From assembly GCA_937950125.1 (NCBI GenBank), contig CALFEP010000082.1, positions 39,446 to 103,445 of the forward strand: a stretch of DNA of 64,000 nucleotides, given 5' to 3'. Shown piece by piece: positions 28,508 to 37,292 of this stretch; position 1 is the stretch's first letter; every line of letters starts with the position of its first letter. A model generated the notes under the pieces. It did not search any database, was not told where the DNA came from, and worked only from the letters and a program-made list of their open reading frames with translations. A program made the translations under genes and the position numbers. The DNA comes from an uncultured Bacteroidota bacterium (GTDB lineage Bacteria; Bacteroidota; Bacteroidia; Bacteroidales; 4484-276).

Positions 28508-29474
28508 TCCACCCAAATCCTGTTTTTTTTGATAAAAATATCCTGATACTATAAAGAAAAATTCCCATTGACAGCAAAGCTTCAAACATTTCGCCAGGGC
28601 CATAAAAACCTGCACAGGCCAAAAAGAAAAACAAAAGTAAAAAGGAGGGTGGAGGAATGAAAAGCTTTTGCAAAACGCCCTTGTTACCAGCCGGAAAAAA
28701 CCAGGCGAGCATCAGTGCAAGGAAGGCGGTAATTCCGACAAATGGATAGAAAAGCGGCAAAACCGGGTTGATAAAATTATGCAAATTTGTTTCCTGCTGG
28801 TAATTGTAGTCTTTGAAAATCCCCTCTGCCTTCCATTTAAAAAAGTGTTGACCCCAGCTTAATTCTTCGCCAACCATCACAAGTATTACGAAAGCAAAAA
28901 TCAACGAAACTGTTTTTATTAACCTGCGGTTGGCTTTCGATTTCATATTTTGATCGTTGTGTAGTGCTGAAATGAAGAAAAGTACCGACGACAGAAACAA
29001 AACTGACGTACTTACATCCTCATAAACTCCCTCGTAGGTTGGCAATCCATTGAACAGGAAAGTCAAATGCAAGGTAAAACCAACAATGGCGCTGGCCAAC
29101 AGTGTAACTACATTAAAATTTACTAACGCCTTGTTATCATCATAAATAAAAAACCTTTTAACCCGGGCGGGATCAATAAATGAGGCAATACATCCATAGG
29201 TTTTTTCCTGAAGCAGAACAACAAAGGATTTGAGCCGGTTGGTTAAAAAAAGAATTCCAAAAAAAATGCAAAGCAACCCAAAAATAAAAACCGAACCTTG
29301 CAGGATGATTTTTGTAATGGCATTTATTTGGCCATCGGGGCTTGCATTGGTTTCCAAAAACTGAACGGCTCCTTCAAAATACAAAACACTGAAAACCAAT
29401 ATCACTGACCCAATAAATAAGCAACTTACACCTGTAACCTTCAAAAAAATTCCCATATCCCGGTACTTTTTCAT
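28497..29474 (-). CDS. Hypothetical polytopic membrane protein (325 aa) with 'GEELSWGQ' motif
   Basis: About 8 hydrophobic helices. No family recognised. ATG start; tightly coupled to both neighbours. Confidence 0.7.
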   Translation of the reverse strand: MKKYRDMGIFLKVTGVSCLFIGSVILVFSVLYFEGAVQFLETNASPDGQINAITKIILQGSVFIFGLLCIFFGILFLTNRLKSFVVLLQEKTYGCIASFIDPARVKRFFIYDDNKALVNFNVVTLLASAIVGFTLHLTFLFNGLPTYEGVYEDVSTSVLFLSSVLFFISALHNDQNMKSKANRRLIKTVSLIFAFVILVMVGEELSWGQHFFKWKAEGIFKDYNYQQETNLHNFINPVLPLFYPFVGITAFLALMLAWFFPAGNKGVLQKLFIPPPSFLLLFFFLACAGFYGPGEMFEALLSMGIFLYSIRIFLSKKTGFGWNET

Positions 29475-29477
29475 CCT

Positions 29478-30578
29478 TTAAAAATTTGTGATCATTATAT
29501 CAGGGATTCCAGTTCTTTTCGATAATTCCTTTACCGCAGGGTTACTTTTCATCCTGAATAAAACAGCCTTTTCAATCCCGAGCTTTTCAGCAAAAGCAAT
29601 CTGGTTTTTAGTGTCGTCGAAACTGATGGTTCTGCCAGGTGGAAGCCAAATTGCTGCCGTTAGTTTTCCATTGTCCCCGACAAAAGCAAAAGGATTGGCA
29701 GCCAGGTAATTTAACAAGGCATCTGATTTTTTCAAAATGGTCATTTTTACCATTCCCGAATCCTGCCAGGGTATTCCAGCATCTATTTTCGCTCCAAGCC
29801 TTGCCTTTTGAGCATTTATCCCATTAAGCATAAACGCAGGAGAGCCACCAAGATGCAGCATATTAATGTCCTTCTTTTTGGCTTCAATCACAGCAAAATA
29901 GTACATTGCAGAGGTGTTCCATTTCAGTATTTCATTCATCACACCTTCTTTCACACCAAAAAAGCCAAGGGTTGGCCGGTTTTGCCAATAGTGCATGACC
30001 AATCCAGCTATCCGCTCACCATTTTTTTTCACCATGATGATTTCAGATTTTATTGTAGGGGAAAATATATTTTCAAAAGTCACAATCAGCGATTTGTCTT
30101 GATGACGTTTGGCAACAAAAGGCAGGTACATCCGATCATAAAACACGTGCTGAGCTTCCTCAGAAGTCTCAATTTCGTAATCAAGTTTTTGCGATTTCAC
30201 CCAGCGGGCTATTCTTCCAAAACCAGACCGGCTGTTTTTCAGCATCTCATCGAGCGGTGCGGAAACATCCATCTGGGTGTTGATGAACCGGGGAATAATA
30301 AAGGTTTCACCACTGTTTGCGATTATCTTTTCTGGCAGGGAGTTTTCGGACAATAAAAGAGAACATTGCGGATGATAATTATTCAATTTCCTTATCAGGT
30401 TTTTTTCGGGAACATATTCGGGCGCACCATACAGTGGGTTTTCAAAAAACAAGGAGACCCAAAAACGTGCATTTACATAATCATAACCTAAGTAGGCAAT
30501 TTCAATTTTTTCACCAGTGGTTTTTGCTTTGCCCCGGATTACAGTTACACTATTTTTGACCTTATTTTCTGTTGGCAT
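29478..30578 (-). CDS. FemAB-like / GNAT (Acetyltransf_6-like) acyl- or aminoacyl-transferase
   Basis: The layout 'LKNSRSGFGRIARWVKSQKLDYEI...' followed by 'IIMVKKNGERIAGLVMHYW...LHLGGSPAFMLNGINAQKARLGA' resembles the FemAB-like GNAT fold. It is paralogous to the N-terminal domain of the adjacent 1177-aa protein. Confidence 0.55.
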   Translation of the reverse strand: MPTENKVKNSVTVIRGKAKTTGEKIEIAYLGYDYVNARFWVSLFFENPLYGAPEYVPEKNLIRKLNNYHPQCSLLLSENSLPEKIIANSGETFIIPRFINTQMDVSAPLDEMLKNSRSGFGRIARWVKSQKLDYEIETSEEAQHVFYDRMYLPFVAKRHQDKSLIVTFENIFSPTIKSEIIMVKKNGERIAGLVMHYWQNRPTLGFFGVKEGVMNEILKWNTSAMYYFAVIEAKKKDINMLHLGGSPAFMLNGINAQKARLGAKIDAGIPWQDSGMVKMTILKKSDALLNYLAANPFAFVGDNGKLTAAIWLPPGRTISFDDTKNQIAFAEKLGIEKAVLFRMKSNPAVKELSKRTGIPDIMITNF

Positions 30579-30664
30579 TAATTAACGTTTTGACCATTTT
30601 TGTAATGGAAGGTTTTCGCGGGTTTTGAACTTAAGATTCCTTCATGATCAACTATCTACGGTCG

Positions 30665-33600
30665 TTAATCATTTCGCGTCAGTTGATTATCAATTTTCCT
30701 TTTGAAAATTACGGTGTCCTTTTCAGCAAAAATTTTCACAAACCCGTTTTTATCCATTTCTTCAACAATTTGCTTCCATCCTTTTTCCAGTATATGCGTT
30801 GAATGATTACCAGTCCAGTCGAAATTATCAGCCGATTGAACTACCGGTGCTTCAAATAAGACTGTTTGGATTTTTGCAGGAATCCATCGCATTAACAGCA
30901 GAAGTTCCCGCCATTTCAGATGCTCTATCATGTGTGTGGCAATCAGCGCATTATATTTTTCCGAAAGATCTAGGTTCCAAATGTAATCGCTCAGTGGAAT
31001 CTGACGATAGCGGTTATCCTTGCATTTTTGGGTAGATTGATCGGAGATTACATCAAAATTATCCCACTCTTCAACAAACCCGTATCGTGATAAAATATCC
31101 CGTGCAAGATCGCCCCGCCATCCACCAATTTCGAGAACACGGGCAGGTCTCGGAACGTGGTTTTCGATCCATTGAAATACAAAAGGCAGTGTGTAGTGAG
31201 CCTGTTCAGGATATTTGTGTAATGAATCATTTGCAATATCTACAAGTTGACCGAAGGTCATAAGGTCATAGTTTTCTCTGAAAAGGTCCATTTCCCTGAT
31301 GGATTTGGCCAAAGGGCTTTCCTCGTCAGTCTTCGGTAGTTCTTTGATGCTTTCTGCGGGTTGTCCGGTTTTGTCCGGAACTGGCAGCAACGCTTGTTTG
31401 GCAGCCTTAACCCAGGTTTTCAGCTTAACTGAGTTATAATCCTTACCAGCAATTATATAGCTAAACAGATCGAGCCATGCAATACGGCGGTTTGGAAATG
31501 TCTTTACCAGTTTCCAAAGAGCAATCATTCCTGCCTTTTTGTCTTTAAGCTGGTAACAGAGATTAACGTACACTTTGTGGTGCATGTAATAAGCATCCCA
31601 GTGATTTTTGAGAAAACCCCGGTTTCGGTCGATTATTTTTCCATAATTGACCATCTTCAACCTGCTGAATTTTTCATGCGTAAGCTGCCCATCACCGTGG
31701 TGATGAATTTTGACCAAAACCTCAGGGACCGTCCTGAAATTGTAATACTTCGATAGCCGCAACATAAAATCGGTGTCCTCGCCCACCCTGAGCGTTTCAT
31801 CGTAAAATCCGGTTTTTTTCAAACATTCCCGCTTCACGCTCAGCCCAAAGCCATTGCCGATGGCCGTCGAAACCATCAACCCCTGTTCAAGGGTTTCAAA
31901 ATCGGCCGGCCACAGCTGCGTTCTGATAATTTCCTCACCAGTGGCAGTATCTTTTACACGGGTAATGCCTGTCCACACAAAGCCGGGATTGTTGTTGGCC
32001 TCATCAAATGTTTGCCTGATTTTCATCAAAATATCCGGGAGGTACTCATCGTCATCATCCAGAAAGTTGAGGTATTTGCCGGAGGCGTTTTTCATTCCGG
32101 TGTTGTAAGCCCCAGCCGCGCCTTTTGAATTTTCGTGCACCAGGTATTTAATTCTCGGATCGTTGAACGATTCAACCATAGTTCGGGTTTCAAGGCTGTT
32201 TGCATCGTCCACAATAATTTGCTCCCAATTGGTAAACGACTGCTTTTGAACGCTTTCTATGTTTCTTCTAAGAAAGCCGGGGCGATTGTTGGTTGGTGTG
32301 ATGATGCTGAAAACCGGATTGGGATTGAAACCGGGAGGTTCGTTTAATATGGAGGCCATTCTCGTCTCCATTTCCAGAAATCCGGCGTACACAGCATGCG
32401 ACTTTTGATAAAGCTGCCGATGCCTTCGGAATGCCTGCAAGGAAGCCAAATCATGCAATTGTATGTTCATTAAGCGTCGTCCCGACCGACTGTCAACAGG
32501 ATGCTGATAGGTCCTGATAAAAACAAGTGTTTCTTCAATTTTCCTTACCTCTCTTCCCAACTCAAGAATTGAGAGCCAGAAATCAAAATCTTCGTATCCG
32601 TGTTGCAGGAAACTGGAATATCCTTCGGTTTTCTCCCAGTCACACCTTCTGTAACAGGCATTTGCTATGATGCAATTTGCCCTCAACATACCTTCAAAAG
32701 TGTAGTCATGGATACGAAACGGTTCGTATTTATGGCCAAACAGAAATGCGTTTGAGTAAACTATGCCAACATTTGGATTTGTATCCATCACTTCAACACA
32801 TTTGTGTAAAAACTCAGGCGCAATCCTGTCATCGGCATCCAGGTTAACAATCAGGTCGCCTTTGGCGTGGGTTATAGCCAGGTTTCGGGCATTGGCCGGA
32901 CCATGATTTGCTGTATAAAAAATCCTGACTTTTTTGTGTCTGATTTTTTTCAGAACCGTTGCCGTTTCGTCGGTTGAGCCATCATCAACAATAATTATTT
33001 CATAGAATTGAAAGGTTTGATTAAAAATGGATTGTAGATTTTCGAGAATGTATTTACCATGATTAAAACACGGAACAACCACCGTTACCCGAACGGGCAA
33101 GCTGAACCGGATGTGAACTTTGTAAAGGGCTTTTTTAATCAGAAGCCAACTGTGGCGCATGATAAGGCCAACATGATACCTCCAGTCGTCGGGTGGTGGC
33201 GGCGGTGAATGAACAATTTCGCGTATCACCTCCTTTTCAACCACCTTTTCAACCTCGGTCACAACCGACCTATCAGCAAAAATATGGAAGTACTGTGCCA
33301 TGGTGCCTCCATAGCTTCTCAAATGGGTTTCGATGCGCTGGATATCCGAACCTCCAAAATTGTAGTAACGAACCCTGCTGCTAAAATACCTGATGGCTTC
33401 CCAATTGGCCAGCGAATGCCCCCCGAGATGTCCGTACGTTGGATCGCTTGCACTGAGCAGAGCATATGCTGATTTTGGATTGAAAACCAAATAAATGGCA
33501 GCGTGAGGTGTTCCAACATTATCGAAAACAGTAATGATGCGCCTTTGATCTCGTTTTACAATTTCATCATCCAACAACTTAAAATCGTCGTAAGAAAACC

Positions 33601-34198
33601 GGAAGGTAAGGCCTTGCCGCTTATAGGTTAGCTCAACAAGTGAGTAAAATGCGCGAAGATCGTCCGTAACCAGTGAAATTAGATTGTGTGAAAGGGCTTT
33701 TCTAATGTTCCTTTTCCTGTTGGAATTTAACTGATTCCAAAGTTCCTTTTCCGTCTTTCCTTCAAAATCAATTAAATATGTGTAGCGCGTCATCTGCTTG
33801 TAGCCCCTCCACCTGAAAGGCAGCCAATCGATGAAGTTGTGAGAAGTACAAAACTGCTCAAAATCATCATAAGGGATCTCATCAAGCAGCAATTCAAGCC
33901 ATTGCCGTTCAAGGGTTGACCTGTCGTGTTCGGATAAACGGCTCAGGTCTTTGAAAAGCGGACCCAGCGTTCGGGTAATTGGAGGCTCATTAATTTTCCC
34001 AAGATAATAAGCCAGCGGGATTCCGGCAACAATTTCATCGTTTTCAAATACAGCCAGGATTTTAAAATTCCCTTTGGTGATGGCGTCGAGCCACCACGAA
34101 TAACAAAAGACATCGCCCTGTGGGGAATCATCCACAAAGCGGTTCCATAGGTCGAATTGAGCTGGCAGTAATTCAATTGCAAAACTTTTCATTTTCAT
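30665..34198 (-). CDS. 1177-aa four-domain protein: FemAB-like GNAT + GT2 + GT2 + class I methyltransferase-like domain
   Basis: aa 1-310: 'LNSNRKRNIRKALSHNL...AAIYLVFNPKSAYALLSASDP...YNFGGS'. GT2-A: 'VTVVVPCFNHGKYILENLQSIFNQTFQFYEIIIVDDGSTDET...NLDADD'. GT2-B: 'FSIITPTNNRPGFLRRNIESVQKQSFTNWEQIIVDDANS...FLDDDDE'. C-terminus: 'VLEIGGWRGDLARDIL...ALIATHMIEHL'. Confidence 0.85.
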   Translation of the reverse strand: MKMKSFAIELLPAQFDLWNRFVDDSPQGDVFCYSWWLDAITKGNFKILAVFENDEIVAGIPLAYYLGKINEPPITRTLGPLFKDLSRLSEHDRSTLERQWLELLLDEIPYDDFEQFCTSHNFIDWLPFRWRGYKQMTRYTYLIDFEGKTEKELWNQLNSNRKRNIRKALSHNLISLVTDDLRAFYSLVELTYKRQGLTFRFSYDDFKLLDDEIVKRDQRRIITVFDNVGTPHAAIYLVFNPKSAYALLSASDPTYGHLGGHSLANWEAIRYFSSRVRYYNFGGSDIQRIETHLRSYGGTMAQYFHIFADRSVVTEVEKVVEKEVIREIVHSPPPPPDDWRYHVGLIMRHSWLLIKKALYKVHIRFSLPVRVTVVVPCFNHGKYILENLQSIFNQTFQFYEIIIVDDGSTDETATVLKKIRHKKVRIFYTANHGPANARNLAITHAKGDLIVNLDADDRIAPEFLHKCVEVMDTNPNVGIVYSNAFLFGHKYEPFRIHDYTFEGMLRANCIIANACYRRCDWEKTEGYSSFLQHGYEDFDFWLSILELGREVRKIEETLVFIRTYQHPVDSRSGRRLMNIQLHDLASLQAFRRHRQLYQKSHAVYAGFLEMETRMASILNEPPGFNPNPVFSIITPTNNRPGFLRRNIESVQKQSFTNWEQIIVDDANSLETRTMVESFNDPRIKYLVHENSKGAAGAYNTGMKNASGKYLNFLDDDDEYLPDILMKIRQTFDEANNNPGFVWTGITRVKDTATGEEIIRTQLWPADFETLEQGLMVSTAIGNGFGLSVKRECLKKTGFYDETLRVGEDTDFMLRLSKYYNFRTVPEVLVKIHHHGDGQLTHEKFSRLKMVNYGKIIDRNRGFLKNHWDAYYMHHKVYVNLCYQLKDKKAGMIALWKLVKTFPNRRIAWLDLFSYIIAGKDYNSVKLKTWVKAAKQALLPVPDKTGQPAESIKELPKTDEESPLAKSIREMDLFRENYDLMTFGQLVDIANDSLHKYPEQAHYTLPFVFQWIENHVPRPARVLEIGGWRGDLARDILSRYGFVEEWDNFDVISDQSTQKCKDNRYRQIPLSDYIWNLDLSEKYNALIATHMIEHLKWRELLLLMRWIPAKIQTVLFEAPVVQSADNFDWTGNHSTHILEKGWKQIVEEMDKNGFVKIFAEKDTVIFKRKIDNQLTRND

Positions 34199-34249
34199 TT
34201 TTTACATTTTACATTGTAAGGAGTTGGGAATTTTTCAACCACTCCACGC

Positions 34250-37243
34250 TCAGATCATTTCTTCAACCATCTTTTCCCATTTCTGGTGCATGTATTTTTG
34301 ATCGAGTACTTCATGGGCATATTTTTTGGCAGATGCCGAAATGCGTGACCGCATTTCATCATCATTTTTCAGTTCGACTATACTTTTAGCAAATGCTTCA
34401 TAATCACCAGGTTCGATTAAATATCCGTTGTCGCCATCATTAATCAAAGTAGGCAGCCCACCAACCCTGGAGGCAACTACCGGAACTCCGGCAGCAAGTG
34501 CCTCGAGTACTGCATTTGGACGGCCATCCATACGCGAAGGGAGTATGAGTACATCAGCCACCGATAACAAATCAACCGATTCGACAAAACCCGGGGTAAA
34601 TATTACATCCTGCAACTCGCTGAGTGCGATAAGATTCTTAATGTCCTCGAAAAGTGGCCCATATCCACACATCACAAATATTATTTCTTTGCTCCTTGTC
34701 TTTTTGGCAATTTCAACAACCGCTTCCGGGCCTTTCTCTTCCGAAAATCTACCTAAAAAACCTACCACAAATTTGTTTTGGCATATTCCAAGTTGTGACT
34801 TTATCGTGTCCTTATCTCTTTTAAGCGAGAACTTTATGAGGTCAACACCATTGTGAATCAGCTTGATTTTATCCGGTTTTTCAGCATAATGGTTCAGTAA
34901 TAAATCCCTGATCTTTTCATTTTCAACGACGTTCAGATCAATATACCGGGCATATTTCCGGTTGTTTTTCATGTGACCTTCTTCATTAAATATGAAATCA
35001 ATTATTTTCAGGCAGGGATTTTCGGATTTGATGCGGGGAAGCAAAGGGTAAGTAACCACACTGCCAGCCTGAATCAAAACATCGGCTTTCTTTGCTAAGA
35101 TCAGCTGGAGGATGAATTGCTGCATTTGTTGCTGCGTGGACAAAAATTTTGGCAGGTGATAAATTTCTTTTGTAAACTTTTCGTAAAAGGGAGTATTGTC
35201 GCCGTATTCTTTAGTCACCGGAACGGTAGTAAAAAATGCAATGTCGTATTTTTTGGAAAGATACCCGAAGATGTTGATAAAAATGGAGTCAACACCGCCA
35301 ATAATCATGAAAGGCAGCGCCACCAGTATTCGTTTTCTGGTTTTAGTGTGACCCATATTAATAAACGGATGTTTGATTTTGAAGTTGGCTTCGACCGATT
35401 TTTGCCGGATACGCCGATAGGCTGGAGCATCCAGATAAACATTTTCCTGTCTGATAATTTCCTTTTGCTCATTAACAGAGGTTTCGCAAAGCTGCGAAAG
35501 GCTTTTATGGTGCACCCTGTAAAGCATGAGTGGTTCGGGAATTGCCTTAAACCGGAACCCTGATCCGGCTAATCGTACCCAAAATTCCCAATCCTCACTC
35601 ACATGTCCTTTGCCAATAGGGTAATCCTTGTACCCACCAGCTTTTTCCCAGGCAGACTTCCTGAAAACTGCATTTGTCGCTACCAAATTCCCTTCAATGG
35701 TAAGGGTTTCGTAGGTCGCATCGGCTGTCTTCCAAAGCGTCTCCGACTCGCCAAAACTTTGCACCCAGGGATAAACCACATCATAATTCAGGGCTTCGAG
35801 ATAGAACACTGCCTTTTCGAGGTAAGTTGGCAGGATGGCGTCGTCGGAGTCGAGGCAACAAATGTATTTTCCTTTTGCCAGTTTGATTCCAAAATTCCGG
35901 TTATCTCCTACAAGATGCCTCCCTCCTCTGAAATGCACCTGAATTTTGGGATGAATGATCTGCTTCAGAACCTCAACCGTTTTAGTATCATCCGAACCGC
36001 CGTCAACAACAATGATTTCATAATTAATGAAAGTTTGATTTAGCACCGATTCAATGGTTTCGTGGATGTATTTCCCATAATTATAATTTGGAATCACCAC
36101 ACTTACCAGCGGATCGCCTGCAGGCCATTTTTGGTTGACAATTGTTGTCCTGCGAAGTAATCGGATAGTATTGCTCACCTTCTTTCGAAGTTTCTCAGGC
36201 AGCAGACCCGTCCAAACCAAAGTTGATACGATCCCTTTCAAAATCAGATTGGTAATTTTACCCAGCATCGAATTTTTTGGAAAAACACTATGGTAGCTAT
36301 TACGCAGGCTGTCAGCAATTTTCCATGATTTTGAGCTGAAAATCAAGTCGAGTGTTGACTGTAATTCAGCATTTTTCTGCTGGTTTTTTTGCAGCCCCAT
36401 TGCCAGACCCAGTTTAAAAAAATCGTAATACTTCAGGCCGGGATTGTAGCTTTTCTGGCTTTCGATGGCTTCAAAAATATCGGTGTAATGTTTTTCATCG
36501 GCCAATCTGATCAGATCGTGATAAAAGAATGCAACCATCCGGTGACGTTCTTCAATGGTTTTGCCCTCCCATGTCCCCTGGGCTGTTACTGCATGATGCG
36601 CCATGATTTCATCCAGAAAATGAATCTTCCCTTTTTGTGCAAAAACGAGATGAATTGGCCAATCGGGAAAGGCTAAGGTCTTAAACAAATCGGGGAAATC
36701 GCTGTTGCAATTTCTGTAAACCACCGAACAGTTTGCGATAAAGTTTTCTTTGATCAAATCTTGAAACGTAAACCCGTTTTTTTGTCCAAATAGGTGGCTG
36801 TAAAACTTATTATGCTCCTCAAAATCCACCTCAGCGCCACCGACAAAACCCACGCGGTGAAAGCTAATGCTGTAATCCGGATGGTTCTGCATAAAATCAA
36901 TCTGCTTCTGCAACTTCAGCGGGTCAGTCCAATAGTCGTCGCCTTCGCAAATGGCTAAATATTTACCTTTTGCCTGCGGAAAAACGATCTGCGTGTAAAT
37001 TTCATACAGGCTTTTTCCTTTGCTAAACAAGTTTTCAGGTTGGATTAACAATCGAACAATCTCCGGATTTTCCTGCTGAAATTTTCGGATAATCAGTGTG
37101 GTTCCATCATCGGAGGCATCATCATGGATTAAAATCTCAACAGGAAAATCAGTTTTTTGCATCAGGAAGGATTCAATTGCTTTTCCGATGCAGTTTTTGT
37201 GATTGTATGTCAGGCAGCAGATGCTAACGAGAGGTTGTGTCAT
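34250..37243 (-). CDS. GT2 + GT2 + GT4 triple-domain glycosyltransferase
   Basis: 'VSICCLTYNHKNCIGKAIESFLMQKTDFPVEILIHDDASDDGT', 'VSVVIPNYNYGKYIHETIESVLNQTFINYEIIVVDGGSDD...CLDSDD', and a C-terminal GT-B block 'SRMDGRPNAVLEALAAGVPVVASRVGGLPTLI'. The track start at 37285 is a TTG, so the ATG at 37243 (MTQPLVSICC) is preferred. Confidence 0.88.
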   Translation of the reverse strand: MTQPLVSICCLTYNHKNCIGKAIESFLMQKTDFPVEILIHDDASDDGTTLIIRKFQQENPEIVRLLIQPENLFSKGKSLYEIYTQIVFPQAKGKYLAICEGDDYWTDPLKLQKQIDFMQNHPDYSISFHRVGFVGGAEVDFEEHNKFYSHLFGQKNGFTFQDLIKENFIANCSVVYRNCNSDFPDLFKTLAFPDWPIHLVFAQKGKIHFLDEIMAHHAVTAQGTWEGKTIEERHRMVAFFYHDLIRLADEKHYTDIFEAIESQKSYNPGLKYYDFFKLGLAMGLQKNQQKNAELQSTLDLIFSSKSWKIADSLRNSYHSVFPKNSMLGKITNLILKGIVSTLVWTGLLPEKLRKKVSNTIRLLRRTTIVNQKWPAGDPLVSVVIPNYNYGKYIHETIESVLNQTFINYEIIVVDGGSDDTKTVEVLKQIIHPKIQVHFRGGRHLVGDNRNFGIKLAKGKYICCLDSDDAILPTYLEKAVFYLEALNYDVVYPWVQSFGESETLWKTADATYETLTIEGNLVATNAVFRKSAWEKAGGYKDYPIGKGHVSEDWEFWVRLAGSGFRFKAIPEPLMLYRVHHKSLSQLCETSVNEQKEIIRQENVYLDAPAYRRIRQKSVEANFKIKHPFINMGHTKTRKRILVALPFMIIGGVDSIFINIFGYLSKKYDIAFFTTVPVTKEYGDNTPFYEKFTKEIYHLPKFLSTQQQMQQFILQLILAKKADVLIQAGSVVTYPLLPRIKSENPCLKIIDFIFNEEGHMKNNRKYARYIDLNVVENEKIRDLLLNHYAEKPDKIKLIHNGVDLIKFSLKRDKDTIKSQLGICQNKFVVGFLGRFSEEKGPEAVVEIAKKTRSKEIIFVMCGYGPLFEDIKNLIALSELQDVIFTPGFVESVDLLSVADVLILPSRMDGRPNAVLEALAAGVPVVASRVGGLPTLINDGDNGYLIEPGDYEAFAKSIVELKNDDEMRSRISASAKKYAHEVLDQKYMHQKWEKMVEEMI

Positions 37244-37292
37244 TTTTTTGTTAGTGATGGGAGTCGTGGGAAACGGGCAATTCAATTACACT

